A stretch of DNA of 59,992 nucleotides from Waddliaceae bacterium. Its GTDB lineage: Bacteria; Chlamydiota; Chlamydiia; Chlamydiales; SLFE01. Numbering within the stretch: position 1 is the first letter of the stretch; each line of letters opens with the position of its first letter. The notes under the pieces were generated by a model. That model was not told the DNA's origin. It was given only the letters and a program-made list of their open reading frames with translations, and searched no databases. This document shows positions 19,155-27,890 of the stretch, one piece after another. The position numbers were made by a program, and so were the translations under genes. The stretch covers positions 1 through 59,992 of the forward strand of contig CAWAPJ010000016.1 of NCBI GenBank assembly GCA_963783885.1, in the 5' to 3' direction.

Positions 19155-19931
19155 ATGCATATGGTTGAAGACATTAACATAGCATCGAAAGATACCTCAG
19201 CAAGTTTCACTTGTAATCTGGGATTGAATTTAATTTCTTTAAAGCTCGGGGATATCGAGGTTATTCATTCTGCTCCCGAGGGATTCATCGGCCCTCACTT
19301 CGGCTTACGGCATCCTTCTTTGCTAGGCGGCGGCGAAGATCCCTATCCCTTCGGAGCTGCACGATATCTTCCCTGGGAGGCGGAAAAGAAGTCTGAAAAT
19401 GAATTCCACGCTAAGATATCCGGGGATCAAGAGAGTCTTGAAGGACAAAAGTTTCAAATTGCCGTTGATGGAAAAATTATCGATGACACTTTAAGATTGC
19501 ATCAGTCGGTTGTCAGTGCGGCCGACTCCTTAATTGGCTGCCAAGCCCGCCTACGTCTTCCAAAAGAAGGGGAGAATACATTAAGGATTGATTCCAGGGA
19601 TAAGTATTATGTGAACGGGAAGTTGACACAGATGCCCGAATTCTGGGAACGATCCCCTGACGGCTTTGTCACAGTATCCTTAAACACCCCTTTTGAGGCC
19701 GGATTCCGTCCTATTATCAACCCGCTTAGAGGGCGGATTCAATTGAAAACTGACAGCTATTTGGTTGAATTAGAGTATACTAGCATCTCTGAAGAGAGCA
19801 GCTGGTATATCATCTACCCTGAAGAAAGCCCATATATTTCCATCGCCGCTGTCAGTTCTCAAAATCCCTGGCACCCGAATTTGACCGTAAGTTCGGTTGA
19901 TATGTCTTTGAAAATCTTTAGGAATTGCTAG
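19155..19931 (+). CDS. Galactose mutarotase/aldose-1-epimerase-like fold protein (divergent)
   Basis: 'GLNLISLKLG..EVI' and 'FGAARYLPW' resemble mutarotase-fold motifs, but the usual His (HG.AR) is absent. Confidence 0.5.
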   Translation: MHMVEDINIASKDTSASFTCNLGLNLISLKLGDIEVIHSAPEGFIGPHFGLRHPSLLGGGEDPYPFGAARYLPWEAEKKSENEFHAKISGDQESLEGQKFQIAVDGKIIDDTLRLHQSVVSAADSLIGCQARLRLPKEGENTLRIDSRDKYYVNGKLTQMPEFWERSPDGFVTVSLNTPFEAGFRPIINPLRGRIQLKTDSYLVELEYTSISEESSWYIIYPEESPYISIAAVSSQNPWHPNLTVSSVDMSLKIFRNC

Positions 19932-19978
19932 CAAATTTCCTAATTTGCTATCTTATCGTTTTAAGGCCATGGCTCATC

Positions 19979-21136
19979 ATGAAAGAAACGCAGGAGAAAT
20001 TGAGGCAATCGCTTATTGTCATTATATTGGCATGCTATCTCGCTCCTGTCATACTGTTTACATTATTGACAGCTGGCTCGATGGAGTTAAACAGTCGATG
20101 GTTGCTTTTCTCAAGTAGTTTGCTATTAGGTATTTGTGGAACCATTTTTTTAACTCTTGCCTTGATAAAATGGGAGGGATTTTTTTTGAAGATACCGCAA
20201 ACGGCATCATTGGCGGTAATAGCTGAAAAACTTCCTGCTTCCGTATCAGTAGAAAATCCCCAACAAAATTCATTTTCACTCGAAGAGTTCCAGCTAAGAG
20301 AAAAAGATCTTGTTCGTGAAATTCATGAAATCAAACAGAAGTGGTACAGCAAAAAACAGGACTATGACGAGCTTGAAAAGCAATTGGACAAAGTTAAAAA
20401 TGAAAATACCGCTCTTTTGCAGCATTCTCAGGAGCAGCTAAAGAAAAAAGACCGACTGCTTGCGGAATATGCCCAGACAGTCAATGACTTAAGATCCACA
20501 ATGGAAAATAAACAGGAGCAAATTGAAAAACTTCAGGATTCCATCAACGATTTGAGCTATGATCTGGATACATTGCTCAAGTTATCCGATTTTGATTCTG
20601 TCGAAGAAGCCCAGCAGGAAAACGTTTCGGAAAATGAGACCTGTCCTGTTATTCAGAAAAGTCCGTCCAAGCCTGTTGATGCCCACAGTGCGTCCAATCA
20701 ATTGAAAAAATGCATCAATATGGCTCAAAAATTTACTTCGAGCCAATTCACCACTGCTTCTAGATTTCGAGATGTCATGATCGATAATACTGCTTTGGAT
20801 CAAAGACGTCTTTTCGATTCATTTCGAAGCGAGACGGCCTGTATCGTTGTGATGTATTCCTTAAAAGAGCGGACGATGCTTTTTGCCAATGATATGACAA
20901 AGTCCTGCCTTGGCATCGATCCGGAAAGTTTTGTGCACGATTATATAAACCTAATAGTCCAAGGGGCCGAAGAGTGGAAAAATGCCCTGGCATCCCTTTC
21001 CCAGCATTCTGAGGCACAGCTTCATTTGGTGATGCGTTCAGAGTCGGGTACTGATGTCCTTCTTGAGTGCCGTTTGGGTGTGATACCCACCGGAGTATTC
21101 AAAAATCATGCCGTCGGCATCCTTTATGAAATCTAA
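19979..21136 (+). CDS. Membrane protein with two TM helices, long coiled coil and C-terminal globular domain (CT616-like)
   Basis: Two N-terminal hydrophobic helices and heptad region; location downstream of rpsT recalls the chlamydial arrangement. Confidence 0.65.
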   Translation: MKETQEKLRQSLIVIILACYLAPVILFTLLTAGSMELNSRWLLFSSSLLLGICGTIFLTLALIKWEGFFLKIPQTASLAVIAEKLPASVSVENPQQNSFSLEEFQLREKDLVREIHEIKQKWYSKKQDYDELEKQLDKVKNENTALLQHSQEQLKKKDRLLAEYAQTVNDLRSTMENKQEQIEKLQDSINDLSYDLDTLLKLSDFDSVEEAQQENVSENETCPVIQKSPSKPVDAHSASNQLKKCINMAQKFTSSQFTTASRFRDVMIDNTALDQRRLFDSFRSETACIVVMYSLKERTMLFANDMTKSCLGIDPESFVHDYINLIVQGAEEWKNALASLSQHSEAQLHLVMRSESGTDVLLECRLGVIPTGVFKNHAVGILYEI

Positions 21137-21155
21137 TAATTATCTAGTGTCTAGT

Positions 21156-21266
21156 CTATAAAATTCTTATAGAAAATTGGGTGAGATTTTTTATCCTGAC
21201 GTTGCGTGGAGATCGAACGTCTAGTCAGGGTAGAATAGATCACTTAATTTTTCTAAGAATTTTATG
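21156..21266. repeat. About 110-nt imperfect palindrome just outside the IS982 left end
   Basis: ATAAAATTCTTATAGAAAATTGGGTGA...ATCCTGAC pairs with GTCAGGGT...TCACTTAATTTTTCTAAGAATTTAT. Confidence 0.6.
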
Positions 21267-21344
21267 GTCCTGAAAAAATAAGGCTTCTTAGTGAAAAATT
21301 TGCAATTTTCTAGGATATCCATTGACCCTGATTGCTACCTAAAC

Positions 21345-21461
21345 TTGTTGTTAAAGTCTTTCGTTGGATTCAGATGCGTAGACTCGATTTGAAGGCAAGG
21401 GTAATCCCTTGCCGATAATCGAGGCTTAGCAGATGAATTCAATGAAAGATTTTAACGACAA
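21345..21461 (+). repeat. 117-nt hairpin directly inside the left TIR
   Basis: 45-nt arms, 36 Watson-Crick plus 4 G.U on the plus strand; apex GGCAAGGG-TAAT-CCCTTGCC. Confidence 0.85.
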
Positions 21462-21502
21462 TAGTCTCTATGATACTTCCTTAGCCAAAAAAAGGGGGCA
21501 TC

Positions 21503-22342
21503 ATGGAAACTTACGCAACAACAGTTTATGTCATCAGCGAAGAAATCCTTCGAATTTTGGGGATTAAAGACGATCCTCAATCTCAAATGTCCAACGCAGA
21601 AGTGATAACTTTTGCTATTTTATCAGCAAAATATGTTTCTTGTAACTATAAAATGTCCAGATATTTATGTAAAAGATTACGATTATTCAGAGCTATTTTA
21701 AGCAATAGCCGGCTAAATCGCCGAATTCATAAAATTCCTTGGATTTGTTGGAACGCCATTTTCCGTTTTTTAGCTCTATTTTTTAAGCAAATAAATAAAG
21801 ATCAGGGTTTTGCTATAGACAGCTTTCCAGTTTCATGTTGTCAGAAAAATAGAATCGATAAACGGAAGGTTTTTCTAGAACGAAGGTATTTAGGTTTCGC
21901 AGCTTCTAAAAAGCGTTACTTTTGCGGCATAAAAGTTCATAGGATTGTGACGAGCGAAGGCAAGCCGGTTGAAGTTCTTTTCAAGCCAGGAGCAGTAAGC
22001 GATGTAAAGGTGCTCTGGGAAATGAAACTGGACATTCCACCAGATTCTAAACTTTATGCAGATGGTGCGTATAATTGCTTTGATTTAGAAGACATCTTGA
22101 AAGAAGAACAAATTACATTGCTTGCAAAACGGGGATGTAAAGCAAACAATAGAGTCCGAACACCAATTGAAGAGAGGGAAATTAGCAGCAAGCGACAGAT
22201 TGTCGAGACGACATTTAGCTGCATAACAAACCTTTTCCAAAGAACTTTTAAGTTCTGCACTGAACAAGGCTTTTTGATAAAAGTATTCTGTGCAATTCTT
22301 GCCTATAGTGTTTCATTTTTATGCAAAGGGGAGCTCAGCTAG
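21503..22342 (+). CDS. IS982-family DDE transposase
   Basis: MSNAEVIT, SRLNRR, IDSFPV, YFCGIKVH, YADGAY, RQIVETTFS (D-D-E intact). Confidence 0.92.
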   Translation: METYATTVYVISEEILRILGIKDDPQSQMSNAEVITFAILSAKYVSCNYKMSRYLCKRLRLFRAILSNSRLNRRIHKIPWICWNAIFRFLALFFKQINKDQGFAIDSFPVSCCQKNRIDKRKVFLERRYLGFAASKKRYFCGIKVHRIVTSEGKPVEVLFKPGAVSDVKVLWEMKLDIPPDSKLYADGAYNCFDLEDILKEEQITLLAKRGCKANNRVRTPIEEREISSKRQIVETTFSCITNLFQRTFKFCTEQGFLIKVFCAILAYSVSFLCKGELS

Positions 22343-22445
22343 AGCTTACACGAGTGCGCCAGATACAACTGTAGCGCCTCGGCAAGGGATTACCCTTGCC
22401 GTAGACGCTACAGTTGTATCTGGCGCACTCGTGTAAGCTCTAGCT
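22337..22445. repeat. 109-nt near-perfect hairpin directly inside the right TIR
   Basis: Perfect 40-bp arms (22337-22376 / 22406-22445); apex GGCAAGGG-ATTA-CCCTTGCC. Confidence 0.95.
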
Positions 22446-22542
22446 AAGGTTTAGGTAGCAATCAGGATCATTGGTAAAAATCGCATGGTTTCAAATAACG
22501 TTACACTGTTTCTTTACGTCAAAGGGACTTTTTCCGGGCAGA

Positions 22543-23061
22543 CTATCTAACCGGATCGTGCTTAAGTTTGTTATACTTGCCATTAATGGTAGGATAGATC
22601 CAGGGGTCGTTGTTTTCACGCATAAGGCGGTCGCACCCTAATAGGTAGCCGTAAAAAAAACCGTATTTTTGAATGGCATCGAGTGTGTATTGAGAGCTGC
22701 TTGGGGTATAGTGGCTTCTGGGTCCGTCTGTTTTGGAAATATTATTTTGATGGAACTTAATCATAACTTCGGCAAGCTTGACCAAAGGGGTTTGTTTTTT
22801 AATCGTAATTTCGGATTTTGGTTTAGCAAGATCCGCATCTTTTCCCCAGGGATTCGCAGCAAGAGAAGTTGTCAGAATGATGAATATAAAGAGAATTTTT
22901 TGCAAAATTCCGGAAAAACCGATTTTTAAGCAATTTTGCCGATCTTTACCATTCGGCACAAATTCACATGCTCCTTGAGAGTAGAGTATTTGTGCCGAAT
23001 GGTAAAGATCGGTGAAAAAGCCAAATAGCTGTCTGCTGGAATTTTGCAATTCTTTCTTCAT
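22543..23061 (-). CDS. YidD-like protein (membrane protein insertion efficiency factor family) with an in-frame palindromic insertion
   Basis: 'IKFHQ..IS..DGPRSHYTPSSSQY...AIQKYG...G.L...DRLMR' is a YidD-like core; ATG directly follows the upstream TAG. Confidence 0.7.
   Translation of the reverse strand: MKKELQNSSRQLFGFFTDLYHSAQILYSQGACEFVPNGKDRQNCLKIGFSGILQKILFIFIILTTSLAANPWGKDADLAKPKSEITIKKQTPLVKLAEVMIKFHQNNISKTDGPRSHYTPSSSQYTLDAIQKYGFFYGYLLGCDRLMRENNDPWIYPTINGKYNKLKHDPVR
22900..23049. mobile_element. Palindromic element inserted in frame in the yidD-like gene
   Basis: Perfect 25-bp inner inverted repeat (22939-22963 / 22988-23012); outer inverted repeat TTGCAAAATTCC; TTGCAA at both ends, 144 bp apart. 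Confidence 0.75.
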
Positions 23062-24012
23062 CTAAAAAGATTTGTTTATCATTAATACCGGAAACAGATA
23101 ATGATCGAGCATAAAATCTTTTGCATAGCAGTTATAAAGCTGCTCGTTATAATATTTGGCGCTCAAGCCGGCTCCGTTGATACCTCCAAAATACCAGCCG
23201 AATTCAAGGCTTGCAGTAATAGCTCCCACCGCCGGGTAGCCATTGTGAAACAGTTCGTAAGTTGCGGTGATGAAGGCCGCGTTTAGAATAAAAGCAGTAA
23301 GTGCTGTCCGTGTCTGGCCGGTGTAATAGTATCCCGCTCCCGGAAGGAGGGCATTTAGAAGTTGTGCTTTGCGAACAGAGAGTTTTTTTTGATAATAACC
23401 TTGCATTCTTTGTTTGAGAGCTTCTCCACGGGGATGTTGGGAAGAAAAATTTTCAAACTGGCAAAAATCGGCGGAAACCAGTGCTGCCGAGAGTTCAAGG
23501 TCTGAGCCAAGGTTCCTATCATACTCTTGTATGAGTTTCAGTATGGTTTGCTGTCGCCACGGGTTGCAGGTTTTCCCGTAAGCATCATAAAGAATGATGA
23601 GCAGATCCCTGAAAGCGGGAAAATCCCTGGAAACCGAGGCTAGCGTTCCTTTTTCAAAAGTTTCGATAACTTCGCGATATTTACTGCCGAAATAATAACA
23701 TAAGAGGATGTCAAATTCAATTTGATGCCTCCTCTCGAGGCGGTCTTCAGGTATTAATATAAGTGCTCTTTTGTATCCGGTAATGGCCCTGTAGAGATCC
23801 AAGTCGGGAGCGAAATGGTCCGCTATCAGCAGCTCGCGACCCCAATCGGTCATTTTATCCTCTAAAGAAAGAGGCTCGAAAGCTGAAGGAAGACTTTTGA
23901 TATAGTGATCGGGAGGGAAGTACTCGACGTTTGGCTCGATTTTGTATGTCCCGGGATTGCATCCGACAAAGATTAGAGAAATTAAAACTAAGTCGAAGTA
24001 TCGTCTGATCAT
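23062..24012 (-). CDS. TPR-containing lipoprotein with C-terminal membrane hairpin
   Basis: Start re-called to ATG at 24012; lipobox FVGC; 'LYRAITGYKRAL' TPR-like; 'LLPGAGYYYTG' motif. Confidence 0.7.
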   Translation of the reverse strand: MIRRYFDLVLISLIFVGCNPGTYKIEPNVEYFPPDHYIKSLPSAFEPLSLEDKMTDWGRELLIADHFAPDLDLYRAITGYKRALILIPEDRLERRHQIEFDILLCYYFGSKYREVIETFEKGTLASVSRDFPAFRDLLIILYDAYGKTCNPWRQQTILKLIQEYDRNLGSDLELSAALVSADFCQFENFSSQHPRGEALKQRMQGYYQKKLSVRKAQLLNALLPGAGYYYTGQTRTALTAFILNAAFITATYELFHNGYPAVGAITASLEFGWYFGGINGAGLSAKYYNEQLYNCYAKDFMLDHYLFPVLMINKSF

Positions 24013-24013
24013 C

Positions 24014-27000
24014 TTATTCTCTAAGAGGTCTCTCTTCAAAACCGCAGTACGGATCTCTGACATTAAAGTACTGAAGAGCCTCATCAACTTCGTATTCCCA
24101 GCGTTTATGATTACGTTTCCTTTCGATCCAGATATCTTGTTGCCGTTTAGTAATCGGATTAATCTTTTCGACATCGATAATCTGCGGACGTATGAAGATC
24201 ATCAGGTTGTTTTTGATAATGTTGTTTTGTTTTGAACGGAAGAGTCCGCCGAGCCACGGAATTCCGCCGAGGCATGGGACCTGGGTGTTGATTTCTTCTT
24301 TTTCATCGCGTATTTGTCCGCTGAGGATGATGAAGTAGCCGTCCGGCATATGTACCCGGGTTTTGGTCGTACTTTTCCTTGTTGTCGGTCCTATGTTGGT
24401 TGTCGCCGCGGTTGAGCTGATGGAATTTTGGACCCCTCCGCCCGAAGTTGTAGCGGTTCCGGTCGTGGGATTGATTTGTCCTGTTCCGACGTTTTGGGTT
24501 GTTCCTCCTCCGATAACATTGTTTGCCGCTGCGCTGCTGATCTCTTGCTCGATTTCCAAAGTTACGATGCCGTTGTTTCCAATAATCGGGGTGATTTTGA
24601 TTGTTGAACCAACGTCTCGGAATTCGAAATTTCCGGTAATGACAGTCCCTAAATCATTGGCGATCGACTGTGTTTGGAAAGGAGTGTTGATACCGACAAA
24701 GAATTCGGCGACTGCGTTGTCTTCGACAACAATTTTAGGATTGAGCAGGACATCAATGCGTCTGTCGGTATGAAGAGCCCTGACCAAAGCGCCCATTGTA
24801 TTAAAGTCGCATCCCCCTCGGGATATAGTTCGTCCGATCACCCCAAGATTAAAACCGGCCTCTCTGGCAAGGCCTGAAGGGTCAAGGTTGACTCCGGGAA
24901 CGCCTGAATCCAGGGCGGCGTTTAGCGGAGAGTTTTCCTGTAGGAATGCTTGGGCTCCGGCAGAAGTCGGTTCGCCGAAGCGTGTTCCCCAGTCGACGCC
25001 GAAAGTCAGCGAATCGTCGACAGTCGCTTCAATGACCAGAATTTCAATCAAGACTTGAGGGAGGGCTGTATCCAATTCGTCGATAAGCTGCTGCACTTTT
25101 TCAAGGGTGGCAGGGGTTCCGGTAAAGACCAAGGAGTTTGTCGATTCAATCCACTGAACACTGTTGATTGTAGCGATGAAGTCATAATTTTCGATTTGAA
25201 CCTGAATGTCCTCAAGGCTCTGGGCAATGGCTTGAAGCGCCTGCTGGATTTGCCCCCCCTTTCGGTATTGAAGTTTATGGACGTAGAATTTTGTCGCCTC
25301 GACAGAGCCAAACGGCTGTTCCTGGAGAGCGCGGGCTCTCGCTTCGAGATCATTCGGATTAATAATGGGCCGTCCCTGCTGATCGATATCAAATTGGGTG
25401 CGGGGAAGATCGTAGCCCTGGTCGATTTGCTGGAAAATTTTCAATGCCTCGACCAGCAAATTGGGGGTTGTTACTATGTAAACCAGATTCTTATTCGAAA
25501 GGGGTACCATGACCAGAGTTTTATCGCGGGCGAGCGGAGCCAGCATTTCTTTGGCAATACTTATCGCTTGAGAAACCGGAAGATGCTGCGCTTGATATTG
25601 TCCGATTTCAAGACCGGCTTCGGGCGAGTCAATACTTTCAATCAGCTCGGTGATTCTGTTGATATTGGATTTGATTCCGGTGACGATTAAATGCCCGCTG
25701 CTAGTTATCGATTCTATGACAGCCGATGCCGAAAGCATAGGACGGATGATGGCAGCCATAGTTGATGGATCAGTATTTAATAGCCGGTAAACTCTTGTCA
25801 CGATTTCAAGATTTTTCGGAATCTCTCCATTTTCTTTGATGACGTGGGCGGGACTGTTGATTTTGGCATTTTTATGAATGATGATGTTGTTGCCGACTTC
25901 TACCATGTCGAGTCCGCGGAAGCGAAGTTCTTGAAGCAGCGCCGACATGACGTTTTCAAGTGATGTCGGTTCATTGGATACGATGGTGACCCTAAAGTCG
26001 AGGTCAGCGGGATCAAATATAAAGTTCTTACCGGAGATTTTACTGATGAAGCCGAGGTATTCCGACATTTTGGCATTGTTGAATTTAACCAGATATCCGG
26101 TTGTTTCTTTTTCAATTTTTTCCGGAGCAGGAGTTTTTGCTTTTGCACCCTTCTCCACAGGTTGAGTTTTCTTTGCTGGAGCCTGCCATTCGGCGGCGTT
26201 TTCTGTCGGTTGAGTTTTCTTTGCTGGAGCCTGCCATTCGGCGGCGCTTTCTGTCGGTTGAGTTTCCTTTGCTGGAGCCTGCCATTCGGCGGCGTTTTCT
26301 GTCGGTTGAGTTTTCTTTGCTGGAGCCTGCCATTCGGCGGCGCTTTCTGTCGGTTGAGTTTCCTTTGCTGGAGCCTGCCATTCGGCGGCGCTTTCTGTCG
26401 GTTGAGTTTTTTGTGAAGATGATTGCGGCTGCTCGTTCATGGAAGAAGGTGCCGCATCTGCCTCTGCAACGAGATTTTCGCTCGCTTGACTGTGTTGATA
26501 ACTAAAAACAGCCTCATTGACACTCTGAGCTTCTTCGTCAAATGGGTCGACCCCGTCGTCCAGGGCGTAAAATGAATGTTCAGGCCGGGAGGTTGATTTC
26601 CAGGCTAAAAAAATATTTTTTCTCGAATCGGGTTTTAAATCTTTGGCGGCAAATGGAATATCGGGATCGGTTTCAAGGTCGTCAGAAGCAATGCCGAATT
26701 CAATAATATCCTGCATTTTGACTTTAGCTTCAGTAGAGGCGACAGAACCTTCTGCTGATTCAATCGTCTGCTTAGTTTTTGTTATTTTCATTCCCGTGGG
26801 CTTACGGGAGGAAGGTTGAGATTTCTTGGCAAGGCTGCCCATAACAACTTTTGCAGTCGGTGCTTGGGGCTCGCTTGCCTCGGCGGCATCATTCCGCGTC
26901 CAAATCGCGTTATCCCGAATGCGGCGGTAAATAGCTTCATTAAGAGGCAGGAGCTTTTTGTTTAGCGATTCGGACCTAACCCAAACAGTAATTTCATTTT

Positions 27001-27688
27001 CGCTATCTTCTTCCTCGTCGTTAAGGACGATCTCATCGTCGCTTGATTCTTCTTCATCATCACCTGCAAATGCTTTTTCCCAGATCTCGCCGGAAAATTC
27101 CTCTTCTTCGCCTTTGTCGGTGAATACTTTTTCCCAAAACTCGTCGGAGAGTTCGTTTTCATCTGAAAATGCTTTTTCCCAGATCTCGTCGGAAAATTCG
27201 TCTTCTTCGCCTTTATCGGCGAATACTTCTTTCCAAAACTCGCCGGAAAATTCGTCTTCTTCGTCTTTGTCGGTGAATACGTATTCCCAAATCTCGTCGT
27301 TGTCGGCAAAGTCTTCGTTTCCGGTTTCAGATATAGCTTCTTCTAAAAGCTCTAACAGAAAGGGGTCGCTTTCCAAATCATAGTCGGCCAATCCATCGGG
27401 GACTTCTTCATTTTCAAGGCTTTGGTCTTCAATCTCAGATTCGTGGATTTCGGTGTCTTCTTGTTGTTGTTGTCCTTCCTGCTGAGTCTGATCATAAAGT
27501 TCATATTCATCCAGTTCGTCAGGGGAGGGTTTTTTTCTGGAAGAACCAGTTGGTTCTGAATGATTTCGAGGCTTATGAGGGGCAGATTTAAGATCTATGA
27601 CGGGTGTTGCTGCGATCGATGAAATTCCGGTGAAGGTTATTAATGCTAGCAGTTTTATCCTGCTAAGAGAGGCCTTATGCTTTGTCAT
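24014..27688 (-). CDS. sctC: Type III secretion outer-membrane secretin (CdsC) with long repetitive N-terminal extension
   Basis: Secretin signatures QVLIE..VIE, NPKIVVEDN..AEFFVG, DVGSTIKITP, VPCLGGIPWLGGLFRS, LMIFIRPQII. Confidence 0.95.
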   Translation of the reverse strand: MTKHKASLSRIKLLALITFTGISSIAATPVIDLKSAPHKPRNHSEPTGSSRKKPSPDELDEYELYDQTQQEGQQQQEDTEIHESEIEDQSLENEEVPDGLADYDLESDPFLLELLEEAISETGNEDFADNDEIWEYVFTDKDEEDEFSGEFWKEVFADKGEEDEFSDEIWEKAFSDENELSDEFWEKVFTDKGEEEEFSGEIWEKAFAGDDEEESSDDEIVLNDEEEDSENEITVWVRSESLNKKLLPLNEAIYRRIRDNAIWTRNDAAEASEPQAPTAKVVMGSLAKKSQPSSRKPTGMKITKTKQTIESAEGSVASTEAKVKMQDIIEFGIASDDLETDPDIPFAAKDLKPDSRKNIFLAWKSTSRPEHSFYALDDGVDPFDEEAQSVNEAVFSYQHSQASENLVAEADAAPSSMNEQPQSSSQKTQPTESAAEWQAPAKETQPTESAAEWQAPAKKTQPTENAAEWQAPAKETQPTESAAEWQAPAKKTQPTENAAEWQAPAKKTQPVEKGAKAKTPAPEKIEKETTGYLVKFNNAKMSEYLGFISKISGKNFIFDPADLDFRVTIVSNEPTSLENVMSALLQELRFRGLDMVEVGNNIIIHKNAKINSPAHVIKENGEIPKNLEIVTRVYRLLNTDPSTMAAIIRPMLSASAVIESITSSGHLIVTGIKSNINRITELIESIDSPEAGLEIGQYQAQHLPVSQAISIAKEMLAPLARDKTLVMVPLSNKNLVYIVTTPNLLVEALKIFQQIDQGYDLPRTQFDIDQQGRPIINPNDLEARARALQEQPFGSVEATKFYVHKLQYRKGGQIQQALQAIAQSLEDIQVQIENYDFIATINSVQWIESTNSLVFTGTPATLEKVQQLIDELDTALPQVLIEILVIEATVDDSLTFGVDWGTRFGEPTSAGAQAFLQENSPLNAALDSGVPGVNLDPSGLAREAGFNLGVIGRTISRGGCDFNTMGALVRALHTDRRIDVLLNPKIVVEDNAVAEFFVGINTPFQTQSIANDLGTVITGNFEFRDVGSTIKITPIIGNNGIVTLEIEQEISSAAANNVIGGGTTQNVGTGQINPTTGTATTSGGGVQNSISSTAATTNIGPTTRKSTTKTRVHMPDGYFIILSGQIRDEKEEINTQVPCLGGIPWLGGLFRSKQNNIIKNNLMIFIRPQIIDVEKINPITKRQQDIWIERKRNHKRWEYEVDEALQYFNVRDPYCGFEERPLRE
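26160..26410 (-). repeat. 48-bp coding tandem repeat, about 5.2 copies
   Basis: Encodes K(K/E)TQPTE(S/N)AAEWQAPA; copies nearly identical. Confidence 0.95.
27065..27302 (-). repeat. Degenerate acidic coding repeat (about 18 aa, five copies)
   Basis: (D/G)E(I/F)WE..F.DK.EE.EFS units. Confidence 0.85.
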
Positions 27689-27890
27689 GAGTCTCGCTTA
27701 ATAGTTAAAATATTATGACCATTATCGCATATTGTCCTTTTACGTGTCATCACATTTGCTGAATGACATTAGTGACAAAGTTATTTTATCGCATAATAGG
27801 GAGTTTATTTTCTATAAAAAAATCTGGGATAAAGCAATTCCCTTGATCAAAGACTTTGCTTTTTCAGGGCCAAAGAGCGAAAGATATGGA

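Larger units (their letters stand above)
21325..22468 (+). mobile_element. IS982-family insertion sequence (1144 bp)
   Basis: TIRs ACCCTGATTGCTACCTAAAC (21325-21344) and 22449-22468 match at 19/20; CATTG direct repeat on both flanks (21320-21324, 22469-22473). Confidence 0.9.

Noticed and set aside
26160-26410. Regular direct repeats resembling a CRISPR array
   Set aside because: Units are contiguous 48-bp copies with no unique spacers, are in frame within sctC, and no cas genes are present
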